A stretch of 64,000 nucleotides of DNA from Bacillota bacterium (GCA_009711765.1 VEND01000100.1:1561-65560), one strand, 5' to 3'; positions 27,383 through 36,886 are shown, numbered from the stretch's first letter. Numbers and translations: made by a program. The notes: generated by a model not told the origin, from the sequence alone.

Positions 27383-27411
27383 ATTATAGCTGATTTTTAG
27401 TGCTTTTTCAA
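27383..27411 (-). promoter_or_regulatory. sigmaA-type promoter of the riboswitch-MCP transcript
   Basis: Minus strand reads TTGAAA (27406-27411), a 17-nt spacer, then TATAAT (27383-27388). Confidence 0.6.
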
Positions 27412-27474
27412 CAAATTTCACTATAATTTAACAGTATCTGATTATGTTTATATATTTGTTACAAAAATTCAATC

Positions 27475-27510
27475 GTAAAAAAAATGAGCTAAGAAAATTC
27501 TTAGCTCATT
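27475..27510 (-). terminator. rho-independent terminator of tkt
   Basis: 12-bp stem ATGAGCTAAGAA/TTCTTAGCTCAT (27484-27509), with T-runs on both strands. Confidence 0.85.
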
Positions 27511-27512
27511 TT

Positions 27513-29501
27513 TTAACCTTTTATCATTTCTTTAGCATTTTTAACTATATTATCGACTGTAAAACCATACTTTTCCATAAGTATTTCTCCAGGTGCTGAA
27601 GCTCCAAATTTATCTATTCCTATTACTCTTCCTTCATCTCCAACATATTTATGCCATCCGTATGTTGAAGCAGCCTCAACTGAAATCCTCTTTTTAACTT
27701 CTTTAGGAAGAACGCTTTCTTTATAAACCTTAGGTTGTAAGTCAAATACCTCTAAACTTATCATACTTACAACTCTTGAATTAATTCCCTCTTCTTTTAA
27801 TCTTTCATGGGCTTTTGTAAGTAGTGAAACTTCAGAACCACTTCCCATTAAAATAATATCTGGTTTATTTCCATCTTCTTTTCTTAGAATATACCCTCCT
27901 GAATGAGCTCCTTTATTAACTCCTTCTAAAAGGGGTACACTTTGCCTTGTTAAACAAATAGCCGATGGTCCTTCAGTATTTTTTAAAGCTTCTATCCAGG
28001 CTATAACTGTCTCTTTAGAATCAGCTGGTCTAAATACAGTTAAATTAGGGATTGATCTTAAGGATGTTAATTGTTCTATTGGTTGATGTGTTGGTCCATC
28101 TTCACCTAGAGCTATACTATCATGGGTAAATACATAAATAACTGGTTGTTTCATTAATGCTGCAAGCCTTATTGATGGTTTCATATAATCAGAAAAAATT
28201 AAAAATGTAGAACCAAATACTCTTAATCCTCCATGAAGACTCATACCGTTTAATACTGCCCCCATACCATGTTCCCTAACTCCAAAATTTATGTTATTTC
28301 CATGGGGTGTATTCCACTGAAAATCATCCTTTTGTTTTAAAGTAGTTTTTGTTGAAGCATTTAAATCTGCTGAACCCCCTATTAAATTTTCTAGATGTTT
28401 ACTAACTATATTAATAACCTTTCCACCTTCTTTTCTAGTGGCTTTTGGTTTATCAACAAAATCCCAAAGTTCTTCATCCATTAATAATGAATCCGGTATT
28501 TCTTTACTAAACCATTTTCTCCATTGTCTTGCTTTTTCTGGGTAGTCTTCACAATAATCATCAAATGTTTCTTCCCAGTCAGCTTTTATTGTTTCTCTTT
28601 TTTCTACTATTTCTTTAATATAATCCCTTACCTCTTTCGCTACATAAAAATCTGGATGATCCCAATTATGTCTTTTTTTAGTTAATTTAATTTCTCCCTC
28701 TCCTAAAGGTGCTCCATGGGCAGCTGACTTACCTTCTTTGTTAGGACTTCCATAACCTATAGTAGTTGGTACTTTTATTAAACTTGGTTTATCTAAATTT
28801 TCTCTAGCCTTTTTAATTACTTTTTCTATCTCATCAATATCATTACTATTTTTTACTTCAAATACTTCCCAACCATAACTTTCAAATCTTTTTTTTACAT
28901 CTTCAGTAAAACTTATTTCTGTAGTTCCATCTATAGTTATATTATTATCATCATATAGTGTTATTAATTTTCCTAATTTTAAATGTCCTGCTAAGGATGC
29001 TGCTTCGCTTGCTACACCTTCCATTAAATCACCATCCCCAGCTATAACATAAGTATAATGATCAACTATATTATATTCTGGTTTATTAAACTCATTTGCT
29101 AATCTTTTCTCAGCAATAGCCATTCCTACTGCATTTCCTATCCCTTGACCTAAAGGTCCTGTAGTAGTTTCTACACCTGGAGTATGACCATATTCAGGAT
29201 GGCCTGGTGTTTTTGAATTTAATGTTCTAAAGCTTTTTAAATCCTCCATTAAAACATCATATTCAAACAAATGTAAAAGGGAATAAAGTAACATCGAACC
29301 ATGTCCTGCTGATAAAATAAATCTATCCCTATCGGGCCAATTTGGATCCATCCCACTTCCCTTTAAAAACTTACTCCAAAGGGTAAAAGCCATAGAAGCT
29401 GTTCCCATAGGTAAACCAGGATGGCCTGATTTAGCCTTTTCGATTGCATCTACTGATAAAAAACGTATAGTTTCAATTGTCTTTTTCTCTATATTCTTCA
29501 C
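27513..29501 (-). CDS. tkt: transketolase
   Basis: 662 aa with SGHPG, the ThDP motif GDGDLMEG...NN, and a full-length three-domain organisation. Confidence 0.97.
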   Translation of the reverse strand: MKNIEKKTIETIRFLSVDAIEKAKSGHPGLPMGTASMAFTLWSKFLKGSGMDPNWPDRDRFILSAGHGSMLLYSLLHLFEYDVLMEDLKSFRTLNSKTPGHPEYGHTPGVETTTGPLGQGIGNAVGMAIAEKRLANEFNKPEYNIVDHYTYVIAGDGDLMEGVASEAASLAGHLKLGKLITLYDDNNITIDGTTEISFTEDVKKRFESYGWEVFEVKNSNDIDEIEKVIKKARENLDKPSLIKVPTTIGYGSPNKEGKSAAHGAPLGEGEIKLTKKRHNWDHPDFYVAKEVRDYIKEIVEKRETIKADWEETFDDYCEDYPEKARQWRKWFSKEIPDSLLMDEELWDFVDKPKATRKEGGKVINIVSKHLENLIGGSADLNASTKTTLKQKDDFQWNTPHGNNINFGVREHGMGAVLNGMSLHGGLRVFGSTFLIFSDYMKPSIRLAALMKQPVIYVFTHDSIALGEDGPTHQPIEQLTSLRSIPNLTVFRPADSKETVIAWIEALKNTEGPSAICLTRQSVPLLEGVNKGAHSGGYILRKEDGNKPDIILMGSGSEVSLLTKAHERLKEEGINSRVVSMISLEVFDLQPKVYKESVLPKEVKKRISVEAASTYGWHKYVGDEGRVIGIDKFGASAPGEILMEKYGFTVDNIVKNAKEMIKG

Positions 29502-29569
29502 AACTAGACCTCCTTTTTTATCTCTATTAATATATATATCCTTTTTTAAGTGTTTTTAACTATATATTA

Positions 29570-29597
29570 AAAAACAAACTGAGATTTTCACCCCAGT
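29570..29597 (-). terminator. terminator after the sortase gene
   Basis: Minus strand has an ACTGGGG-TGAAAAT-CTCAGT hairpin followed by TTGTTTTTT. Confidence 0.6.
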
Positions 29598-29608
29598 CAT
29601 AAAATCTA

Positions 29609-30283
29609 TTAATATATTTTTATATATTTTTTATTTTCCATACTTATATCTTTTTGTTTTCCCCTTACAATTATTCTTTGTTTTGAAGTATTAAGTGGAT
29701 GACATGCTGTTAGAGTAATAGCATTATATCCTATAGATTCAGTTACTGACCAATCATTTTTCTCTACGATAAATACTTTTTCTACTTCATATGAAAAGTT
29801 TGTATTATTTATTTTTAAAATTATTTTATCACCTTTTTTAAGCTTATCTACGTTTCTAAACCAAGCACCATAGGTAGTTCTATGTCCTGCTATACATACG
29901 TTTCCTTTCTCTTTCCATGGTAAAGGACTCTTCTCATAAAGACCTGGTCCTTTTTTTAAGTCATTAACTGAAGTACCAGAAATAATTGCTGCCTTAACAT
30001 CTATCTTAGGAATATAAATTTTCATTAAACCATCTTTATAATCTTTCCTTGAAAGCTTAAATTCTACATCTATTTTTTCTTCTACTTTTTTTATCGATAT
30101 ATTATTTCTTAACTCTCTTTTTATTACCTTTTTATCTTTTTTCTCATCTATAACCTCTTTACTTAATAAATCATTTTGAATAATCTTCCACTTATTTATA
30201 TTATATAGAGAAATTAATATTAAAATGATCCCTAATATTATAAGTATTGAACCTTTTTTAATTTTTAAAAAATTATTTTTCAT
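29609..30283 (-). CDS. sortase-family transpeptidase (membrane-anchored)
   Basis: 224 aa with an N-terminal TM, catalytic His (IAGHRTTYG), Cys motif TLTACHP and conserved Arg (RIIVRG). Confidence 0.9.
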   Translation of the reverse strand: MKNNFLKIKKGSILIILGIILILISLYNINKWKIIQNDLLSKEVIDEKKDKKVIKRELRNNISIKKVEEKIDVEFKLSRKDYKDGLMKIYIPKIDVKAAIISGTSVNDLKKGPGLYEKSPLPWKEKGNVCIAGHRTTYGAWFRNVDKLKKGDKIILKINNTNFSYEVEKVFIVEKNDWSVTESIGYNAITLTACHPLNTSKQRIIVRGKQKDISMENKKYIKIY

Positions 30284-30337
30284 ATGCTCACCTTCTATAA
30301 GTTAAAAGGAAGTTGATAATCAACTTCCCTTTACTAA

Positions 30338-33247
30338 CTATCTATTTTTTCTATTTAATTTAATACCAAATCCTAATAACAATGTTCCTAATCCACTTAA
30401 TATAAAATCAGATGGTATCAAACCCCCTGTGTTAGGTAAATTAGGTATCTCTTTTTTAGGTTCGATTATTATCTCTTCCTCATTTTCTGGTTCAGGATCA
30501 TTTGGTATATCAGGTATTTCATCGATTGGTTCAATAATTACTTCTTCTTCATAAATATTTGTTATTGTAATATTTATTGTCTCATCTTCTATGATTGTAA
30601 AATCTTTTTTAGTATATTCTACTTCATCTGCTCCATTATTATTAGTTTCTACAATATAATAATCACCTATCTTTAATTTAATTGGTTCTGTTGTACCTTC
30701 TGTTATTTCAATTATTTCTACTTTATTATCTTCTTCATCATATATTGTTACCTCATATTCTTTACCTTCTGTATCACCTTCTACTAATTTTGTTACGGTT
30801 AAATATCCTGGTTTTCTTTCTTTATTGTCTTCATCGTCTTTATCATCATTTTTGTCTTCATCTTTACCATCTTCTTTTTGCTCTTCATATAAATTTTTAA
30901 TTGTTAAATTTACTGTTTTATCTTCTTCTATAGTAAATTCTTTGTTACTATAACTTATACTATCTGCTTTATTACTTTCAGTCTCTTCTATACTATAGTT
31001 TCCCAGTTCTAATTCTATTGTCTTACTTTCTCCTTTTACTAAATTTATTACCTCTACTATATTCTCTTCTTCATCATACACTGTAACTTCAAATTCACCT
31101 TCTGGGGCTTTTCCTTCTACTATCTTTGTTACTGTTAAATACCCTGGTTTTGGCTCTTCTTCTTCATATTTATTCGTTACTGTTACATCTATAGTTTCTC
31201 CTTCAACTACCATTATATCTTGATTACTATAACTTATACTATCTGCTTCATTGCTATCAGTCTCTTCTATACTATAGCTTCCTGGTTCTAACTCTACTTT
31301 TTTTGTTTCCCCTTTTACTAATTCTATTACCTCTACTATATTTTCCTCTTCATCATACACTGTTACCTTAAATATTCCTTCAGAAGCTTCCCCTTCTACT
31401 ATCTTTGTTACTGTTAAATATCCTGGTTTTTGCTCTTCTTCTTCATATTTATTTGTTACTGTTACATCTATAGTTTCTCCTTCAACTACCATTATATCTT
31501 GATTACTATAGCTTATACTATCTGCTTTATTACTATCAGTCTCTTCTATGCTATAGCTTCCTGGTTCTAACTCTACTTTCTTTGTTTCCCCTTTTACTAA
31601 TTCTATTACCTCTACTATATTCTCTTCTTCATCATAGATTGTAACTTTAAATGTTCCTTCCGGAGCTTCCCCTTCTACTATCTTTGTTACTGTTAAATAT
31701 CCTGGTATAGGCTCTTCTTCTTCATATTTATTTGTTACTGTTACATCTATAGTTTCTCCTTCAACTACCATTATATCTTGATTGCTATAGCTTATACTAT
31801 CTGCTTTATTACTATCAGTCTCTTCTATGCTATAGCTTCCTGGTTCTAACTCTACTTTTTTTGTTTCCCCTTTTACTAATTCTATTACCTCTACTATATT
31901 TTCCTCTTCATCATACACTGTAACCTTAAATATTCCTTCAGGAGCTTCCCCTTCTACTATCTTTATTACTGTTAAATATCCTGGCTTTGGCTCTTCTTTT
32001 TCATATTTATTTGTTACTGTTACATCTATAGTTTCTCCTTCAACTACCATTATATCTTGATTACTATAGCTTATACTATCTGCTTTATTACTTTCAGTCT
32101 CTTCTATACTATAGTTTCCCGGTTCTAATTCTATTGTCTTACTTTCTCCTTTTACTAAATTTATTACCTCTACTATATTCTCTTCTTCATCATAGATTGT
32201 TACCTTAAATGTTCCTTCCGGAGCTTCCCCTTCTACTATCTTTGTTACTGTTAAATATCCTGGTTTTGGCTCTTCTTTTTCATATTTATTTGTTACTGTT
32301 ACATCTATAGTTTCTCCTTCAACTACCATTATATCTTGATTACTATAGCTTATACTATCTGCTTTATTACTTTCAGTCTCTTCTATACTATAGTTTCCCG
32401 GTTCTAATTCTATTGTCTTACTTTCTCCTTTTACTAAATTTATTACCTCTACTATATTCTCTTCTTCATCATAGATTGTTACCTTAAATGTTCCTTCCGG
32501 AGCTTCCCCTTCTACTATCTTTGTTACTGTTAAATACCCTGGTTTTGGCTCTTCTTCTTCATATTTATTTGTTACTGTTACATCTATAGTTTCTCCTTCA
32601 ACTACCATTATATCTTGGTTGCTATAGCTTATACTATCTGCTTTATTACTTTCAGTCTCTTCTATACTATAACTTCCTGGTTCTAACTCTATTGTTTTTG
32701 TTTCCCCTTTTACTATATTTATTACCTCTACTATATTATCTTCTTCATCATACACTGTAATTTCAAATTCACCTTCTGGGGCTTTTCCTTCTACTAGTTT
32801 TGTTAATTCTAAATACCCTAGATTTTGAAAATAAAATGTTACATGGCTTATATCAGGTATTTTTTCATTCTTTTCAGGAGAATGTAAACTTATATTGTTA
32901 TCACTATATTCTGCTGGTTCATAGGTATAAAGATTCCCACCATCGCCACCTTTTACAAATACATGTTTAACTAATAAATTACTATCCCAAGATTTTATAT
33001 ATTTTCCTTCGTAAACTTCTATTGTTACTGTTTTTTCATCCTCCGTATAAGTCTGACTTGTCAATAAGTTATCAGCTTCTATTTTGCATGAATCTAAATC
33101 TGTTACTTCAGAAGATAAGTCCTTATCATTACCTGGATAATATTTTACATTATCATAGGTTGCGTATAAATCCTCTGGTAAAGTAATTACCATAATCAAA
33201 GCTATTATTGCAATGAATACTAATGCCCTCTTTTTGTAATCTTTCAT
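30338..33247 (-). CDS. LPXTG-anchored surface adhesin with eight tandem Cna-B/SpaA-like domains
   Basis: The C-terminal sorting signal is LPNTGG, a hydrophobic stretch, then RKNR. The signal peptide starts at MKDYKKRALVFIAIIALIM. Start moved to ATG 33247 (AAAGGAGAT RBS) rather than the ORF-track 33319. Eight GYLTVTK...VTVTNKY units are present. Confidence 0.9.
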   Translation of the reverse strand: MKDYKKRALVFIAIIALIMVITLPEDLYATYDNVKYYPGNDKDLSSEVTDLDSCKIEADNLLTSQTYTEDEKTVTIEVYEGKYIKSWDSNLLVKHVFVKGGDGGNLYTYEPAEYSDNNISLHSPEKNEKIPDISHVTFYFQNLGYLELTKLVEGKAPEGEFEITVYDEEDNIVEVINIVKGETKTIELEPGSYSIEETESNKADSISYSNQDIMVVEGETIDVTVTNKYEEEEPKPGYLTVTKIVEGEAPEGTFKVTIYDEEENIVEVINLVKGESKTIELEPGNYSIEETESNKADSISYSNQDIMVVEGETIDVTVTNKYEKEEPKPGYLTVTKIVEGEAPEGTFKVTIYDEEENIVEVINLVKGESKTIELEPGNYSIEETESNKADSISYSNQDIMVVEGETIDVTVTNKYEKEEPKPGYLTVIKIVEGEAPEGIFKVTVYDEEENIVEVIELVKGETKKVELEPGSYSIEETDSNKADSISYSNQDIMVVEGETIDVTVTNKYEEEEPIPGYLTVTKIVEGEAPEGTFKVTIYDEEENIVEVIELVKGETKKVELEPGSYSIEETDSNKADSISYSNQDIMVVEGETIDVTVTNKYEEEEQKPGYLTVTKIVEGEASEGIFKVTVYDEEENIVEVIELVKGETKKVELEPGSYSIEETDSNEADSISYSNQDIMVVEGETIDVTVTNKYEEEEPKPGYLTVTKIVEGKAPEGEFEVTVYDEEENIVEVINLVKGESKTIELELGNYSIEETESNKADSISYSNKEFTIEEDKTVNLTIKNLYEEQKEDGKDEDKNDDKDDEDNKERKPGYLTVTKLVEGDTEGKEYEVTIYDEEDNKVEIIEITEGTTEPIKLKIGDYYIVETNNNGADEVEYTKKDFTIIEDETINITITNIYEEEVIIEPIDEIPDIPNDPEPENEEEIIIEPKKEIPNLPNTGGLIPSDFILSGLGTLLLGFGIKLNRKNR
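30545..32818 (-). repeat. tandem coding repeats: about 279-bp (93-aa) unit, copies 1-6 full length and near-identical, copy 7 shares about 66 aa then diverges, copy 8 divergent
   Basis: Repeat boundaries recur about every 279 nt (e.g. CTTCTACTATCTTTGTTACTGTTAAATA near 31115, 31395, 31675, 31955, 32235, 32515). Protein copies 2 and 3 are identical. Confidence 0.9.
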
Positions 33248-33384
33248 TTTACTATCTCCTTTCTTTTTAAATTTATACTTTACGTAATATCCTTTCTTTA
33301 AATATACCCACTTTATCATGCTAAACTCTTTTATATTTCATATTATGAAAATAATTTAATAAATATTATATATGTATAAAATTC

Positions 33385-33417
33385 AAAAAAATAAACTGAA
33401 CTATAAAGTCCAGTTTA
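33385..33417 (-). terminator. terminator between the transglutaminase-like gene and the adhesin gene
   Basis: Minus strand has an AAACTGGAC-TTTATA-GTTCAGTTT hairpin followed by ATTTTTTT. Confidence 0.65.
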
Positions 33418-33452
33418 TTAAAATCCATATTCAATTATATGTTTGCTTTTAA

Positions 33453-34283
33453 TTAATATTCTGATTGTTTTATATGATTATCATCAAATTCTTCAGTATC
33501 GAAATAATTACTATTAGCAGTATCTGCAAAAGTTGTATCTAATTTAATCCAAGTATTCTTTTCTGATATGTATATTTCATTCCAAGCATGTAATCCACTA
33601 TAATCTTCTGTAATACCCTTACCTTCTATAACCTTAGTTTGAAGTTTAATAGCTCTTCCTAAAGCAGCCACTAACGTAGCATAGTCATAACATACACCTT
33701 TTTTTACTTTAATTGTATTTAATGCTCCATAACTTTGATTATAGTTGTCATTTAAATGTTTATTATATTTTTTATTATCATATTCAATATTCTTTATAAC
33801 CCATTCATATATAGCCTTTGCCTTTTCATAATCTGTTTCTTTATTAGCAGTTATTTTCTTAGCAAGCTTTATTATCTCTTTATTATTACTTTCAATATGT
33901 TTATTAGAAACAAGAAACTTATTTACCTTTTTAGTATTAATAACCTCTATTTCAGGCCCATATTTATATTTTCTACCCTCTATATTTACTAAAATATAAA
34001 TTTTATAACTACCTTTTCCCTCTGTTAAATATATTTTTTTACTAAACTTTCCTTTATTAATATCTACATCAAACCATTTAGTATAATCATCTTTTTTGAC
34101 TAATATTTTTATTTTACTATTGGTAGTTTTTCCAGATAACTTTACAACACCTTCTACCTTATCATCTAACTTTTCTAAAGATACATTATTTTTCGTTATG
34201 AAATTTTTCCCCTGTGCAAAGGTTGCTTGTCCAATATTTAATATCAAAACTATAATTATTAGTAAAATAAAATTTTTTCTCAA
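33453..34283 (-). CDS. secreted transglutaminase-like (papain-fold Cys-His-Asp) protein
   Basis: 276 aa with a signal peptide. Core motifs are KKGVCYDYATL (Cys), GLHAWNEIY (His) and WIKLDTT (Asp). TTG start with AAAGGAGGT 7 nt upstream. Confidence 0.8.
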   Translation of the reverse strand: MRKNFILLIIIVLILNIGQATFAQGKNFITKNNVSLEKLDDKVEGVVKLSGKTTNSKIKILVKKDDYTKWFDVDINKGKFSKKIYLTEGKGSYKIYILVNIEGRKYKYGPEIEVINTKKVNKFLVSNKHIESNNKEIIKLAKKITANKETDYEKAKAIYEWVIKNIEYDNKKYNKHLNDNYNQSYGALNTIKVKKGVCYDYATLVAALGRAIKLQTKVIEGKGITEDYSGLHAWNEIYISEKNTWIKLDTTFADTANSNYFDTEEFDDNHIKQSEY

Positions 34284-34295
34284 TTAAAAAACCTC

Positions 34296-34388
34296 CTTTT
34301 TCGGTGACCCGACTGTCATAGTGAATAAACACCTTAGACTCGTAGCTTTGCGTCCCTATATTTCTATAGGTTTGCCTTTATCGAAAGG
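34296..34388 (-). promoter_or_regulatory. cyclic-di-GMP-I riboswitch aptamer, copy 2a (proximal; abuts the Shine-Dalgarno sequence)
   Basis: Minus strand reads AAAGGCAAACCTATA-GAAA-TATAGGGACGCAAAGCTACGAGTCTAAG...GTCGGGTCACCGAAAAAGGAGGT, so the aptamer 3' end runs directly into the RBS. Confidence 0.85.
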
Positions 34389-34409
34389 GGTTGTCCCTTT
34401 CTGCCTTAA

Positions 34410-34440
34410 ATAAAAAACCTATCTAGATTACCCAGATAGG
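34410..34440 (-). terminator. intrinsic terminator between the two tandem aptamers
   Basis: Minus strand has a CCTATCTGGGTAATCTAGATAGG hairpin followed by TTTTTTATTT. Confidence 0.75.
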
Positions 34441-34455
34441 TCGATATACAAATAT

Positions 34456-34546
34456 CTATCTTCGGTAACCCAGCCGTCATAATAAAGTATCTTAGACCTG
34501 TGGTTTTGCGTCCTTATTTTTCAATAAGTTTGCTCTTATCGCTTTC
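34456..34546 (-). promoter_or_regulatory. cyclic-di-GMP-I riboswitch aptamer, copy 2b (distal)
   Basis: Minus strand reads GAGCAAACTTATT-GAAA-AATAAGGACGCAAAACCACAGGTCTAAG...GGCTGGGTTACCGAAG. Confidence 0.8.
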
Positions 34547-34563
34547 TATATTTAGTTACTTTA

Positions 34564-34592
34564 ATTATAACAAAGCTTAGATATATATTCAA
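34564..34592 (-). promoter_or_regulatory. sigmaA-type promoter of the tandem-riboswitch transcript
   Basis: Minus strand reads TTGAAT (34587-34592), a 17-nt spacer, then TATAAT (34564-34569). Confidence 0.6.
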
Positions 34593-34689
34593 TTAATTAA
34601 ATGTATATCTATTACATATATATCCTATTTCTCATCTCTTAATCTTTTTTTCAAAAAGTTAAAACTATAAGCAGATATATGCTTATAGT

Positions 34690-36768
34690 TTAAATTTCAA
34701 ACTTATTAGTAGTGCCCTGTAAATCCTGGGATAGATTTTTTAACTCTTCTACATAGGAACTAACTTCTTCCATACTAGCTAATTGTTCCTCTGCTGATGC
34801 AGAAACTTCCTGTGTTGATGCTGATGTTTCCTCTGAAGAAGCTGAGATATTTTCTATAATTGAAACTATTTCATTTTTCTTATTCGTCATATTATTAGTA
34901 TTATCTTTAACTTCATTTACTTTTAAGGTTAACTTGTCTATACTTTGTGATATTTTTTTAAATATATCATTTGTATTTTTAACTTCTTCATCTTGATTTT
35001 TTACAATTTCTTTAACCTTTTCAATAGCATCAACTGAAACCTTTGCTTCACTTTGTATTCCCTCGATTATACCTTTAATCTCCCCTACTGAGGATGACGA
35101 TTCCTCTGCAAGCTTTCTTATCTCATCAGCGACAACTGCAAAACCTTTACCCTTTTCTCCTGCCCTAGCTGCTTCTATTGCTGCATTTAGTGCAAGTAAA
35201 TTAGTTTGTTCTGCTATTTCTCCTATTGTTTGTGATATTTTACCTATCTTTTCTGTTCTTTTATCAAGTTCTTTAATTATACTATTTACTTTATCGGTAG
35301 CTTCTAAATTTTTCTTTGATTTTAAAGTTAATGATTTTACAATTTCTATACCCTTATTACTCATATTATTAGTATCCTTAGCAAAACCATCCATATCTAA
35401 AGCTGAGTTAGAAACCTTTTCTATATTACCTGCTAATTCTCCTATTTCATTAGCACCCTGTTCTGTTATTTTAGCCTGTTCACTGGATACATTAGCAATT
35501 TCTTCAATAGTAGATGCTACTTCATTTGTAGCATTAGTCGTTTCGTTTGTAATATCAGTTAATGATTTCGAAGAATCTAACACTGTAAAAGATGCTTTTT
35601 TTACATCTTTTATAAGTGTCTTTATATTCTTTAACATAGCATTAAAACTATTACCCACATCACCAAATTCATCCTTAGTTTTTATATTAACCTCATTAGT
35701 TAAATCTCCATTAGAAGCTTTATTAAAGGCCTCCTTTAAACTATTTAATGGTTTAGTAATAGTCTTAGATAAAAATATTGCAACGAATCCTACTATTACC
35801 ATTAAACCTAATAGTATAAAGATGTTTTTATTTCTTACATCATTTACAAACCCGTAGGCATCACTTTTCCTTTGAACAGTTATAACTGCCCAATCATTAG
35901 ATTTTCCTGGAAGTTTAATAGACTTATATGCACTTACAACTTCTTTTCCATTTACATTTTCATATTCTAAAAATCCTGACTTTCCATTTAAAACTTTTTC
36001 TGTTAATCCCTTTAATGCTTTGGAAACTTCAATTTTTTCTGTCTTTATTTTATGGTTTCCATTAGAGTCTTTGATAATATTTCCATTATCATCTTTCACT
36101 ATAGTCTTTTTTGTAAGTGTTTTATAATTATATTGCTCACTAACTTTCCTTTTATCATGATGGGCTATAACTACACCTTGGCTATCTACAATATATGTAT
36201 AAGTTCCATCATTTAGCTTCATTTTATCTACCATCTGCTGTAGGTAATCTAATTTTATATCTGCTCCCATCACACCTGTCATATCATTATACTTATCATA
36301 TGTTGGTATGCATATAGCTGTAACAGGAATATTACTAGATAATGAAAAGTATGACTTTCCAACAAAGGCATTTTTCTCATTCATAGTCTTTTTAAACCAC
36401 CATCTATTTGATCTATCTCCTAAAGAACCACTAGACCTTGCAGTTTGCATACCATCTGTCCCTTGTATATACAAAAGATCAAAATATGGATTTCTCTTAA
36501 TAGTTTTCTTTAAAACCTTTTCCTGTTTATAAGGCTCATAGCTTTTAATATCACTATTATTAGCTATTTGTTCTGTTACTTTAAAAGCTGTTGTTACAAA
36601 GGATGATACATTTTCTGATAAACTATTTGCAATATTTAAATGATTAGCTTCTATTCTATCTCTATAATTCTTAGATATAAAATAATTACTAAAAATATTT
36701 GATATAACAAAAGGTATTAATACTATTAAAACCATAATAATTATAAGTTTATTTTTTATACTTTTCAT
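34690..36768 (-). CDS. methyl-accepting chemotaxis protein (double-Cache-type sensor, HAMP)
   Basis: 692 aa. Signalling hairpin is [39 protein letters not shown], and the HAMP domain includes [18 protein letters not shown]. Confidence 0.95.
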   Translation of the reverse strand: MKSIKNKLIIIMVLIVLIPFVISNIFSNYFISKNYRDRIEANHLNIANSLSENVSSFVTTAFKVTEQIANNSDIKSYEPYKQEKVLKKTIKRNPYFDLLYIQGTDGMQTARSSGSLGDRSNRWWFKKTMNEKNAFVGKSYFSLSSNIPVTAICIPTYDKYNDMTGVMGADIKLDYLQQMVDKMKLNDGTYTYIVDSQGVVIAHHDKRKVSEQYNYKTLTKKTIVKDDNGNIIKDSNGNHKIKTEKIEVSKALKGLTEKVLNGKSGFLEYENVNGKEVVSAYKSIKLPGKSNDWAVITVQRKSDAYGFVNDVRNKNIFILLGLMVIVGFVAIFLSKTITKPLNSLKEAFNKASNGDLTNEVNIKTKDEFGDVGNSFNAMLKNIKTLIKDVKKASFTVLDSSKSLTDITNETTNATNEVASTIEEIANVSSEQAKITEQGANEIGELAGNIEKVSNSALDMDGFAKDTNNMSNKGIEIVKSLTLKSKKNLEATDKVNSIIKELDKRTEKIGKISQTIGEIAEQTNLLALNAAIEAARAGEKGKGFAVVADEIRKLAEESSSSVGEIKGIIEGIQSEAKVSVDAIEKVKEIVKNQDEEVKNTNDIFKKISQSIDKLTLKVNEVKDNTNNMTNKKNEIVSIIENISASSEETSASTQEVSASAEEQLASMEEVSSYVEELKNLSQDLQGTTNKFEI

Positions 36769-36786
36769 AATCTCCTCCTTTATATT

Positions 36787-36808
36787 AAAAAAACGCCTAT
36801 TTCAGGCG
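36787..36808 (-). terminator. riboswitch expression-platform terminator, just upstream of the MCP RBS
   Basis: Minus strand has a CGCCT-GAAAT-AGGCG hairpin followed by T7. The SD AAGGAGGAG starts about 8 nt later. Confidence 0.75.
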
Positions 36809-36809
36809 C

Positions 36810-36886
36810 AAAAGTGCAACCTGGCAGTCATAGTTTCCCTTAGACCCATAGCTTTGCGACCCTACCTTTCAATAGGTGTGCTAAAA
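36810..36886 (-). promoter_or_regulatory. cyclic-di-GMP-I riboswitch aptamer, copy 3, in the 5' leader of the MCP gene
   Basis: Minus strand reads TAGCACACCTATT-GAAA-GGTAGGGTCGCAAAGCTATGGGTCTAAGGGAAACTATGACTGCCAGGTTGCAC. Confidence 0.8.

Noticed and set aside
30545-32818. 279-bp tandem repeats considered as a CRISPR-like or satellite array
   Set aside because: The units are contiguous with no unique spacers, stay in frame and encode a repeated protein domain within one long ORF.
33248-33319. N-terminal 24-codon extension of the adhesin ORF (MIKWVYLKKGYYVKYKFKKKGDSK)
   Set aside because: There is no RBS at 33319, whereas ATG 33247 has AAAGGAGAT upstream and begins a canonical signal peptide.
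27278-36886. The four roughly 80-nt similar segments considered as a dispersed DNA repeat or MITE
   Set aside because: They share only the GEMM-I conserved core. The helices differ by compensatory changes, each sits in a 5' leader in the sense orientation, and there are no terminal inverted repeats or target duplications. They are riboswitch aptamers, not a mobile repeat.
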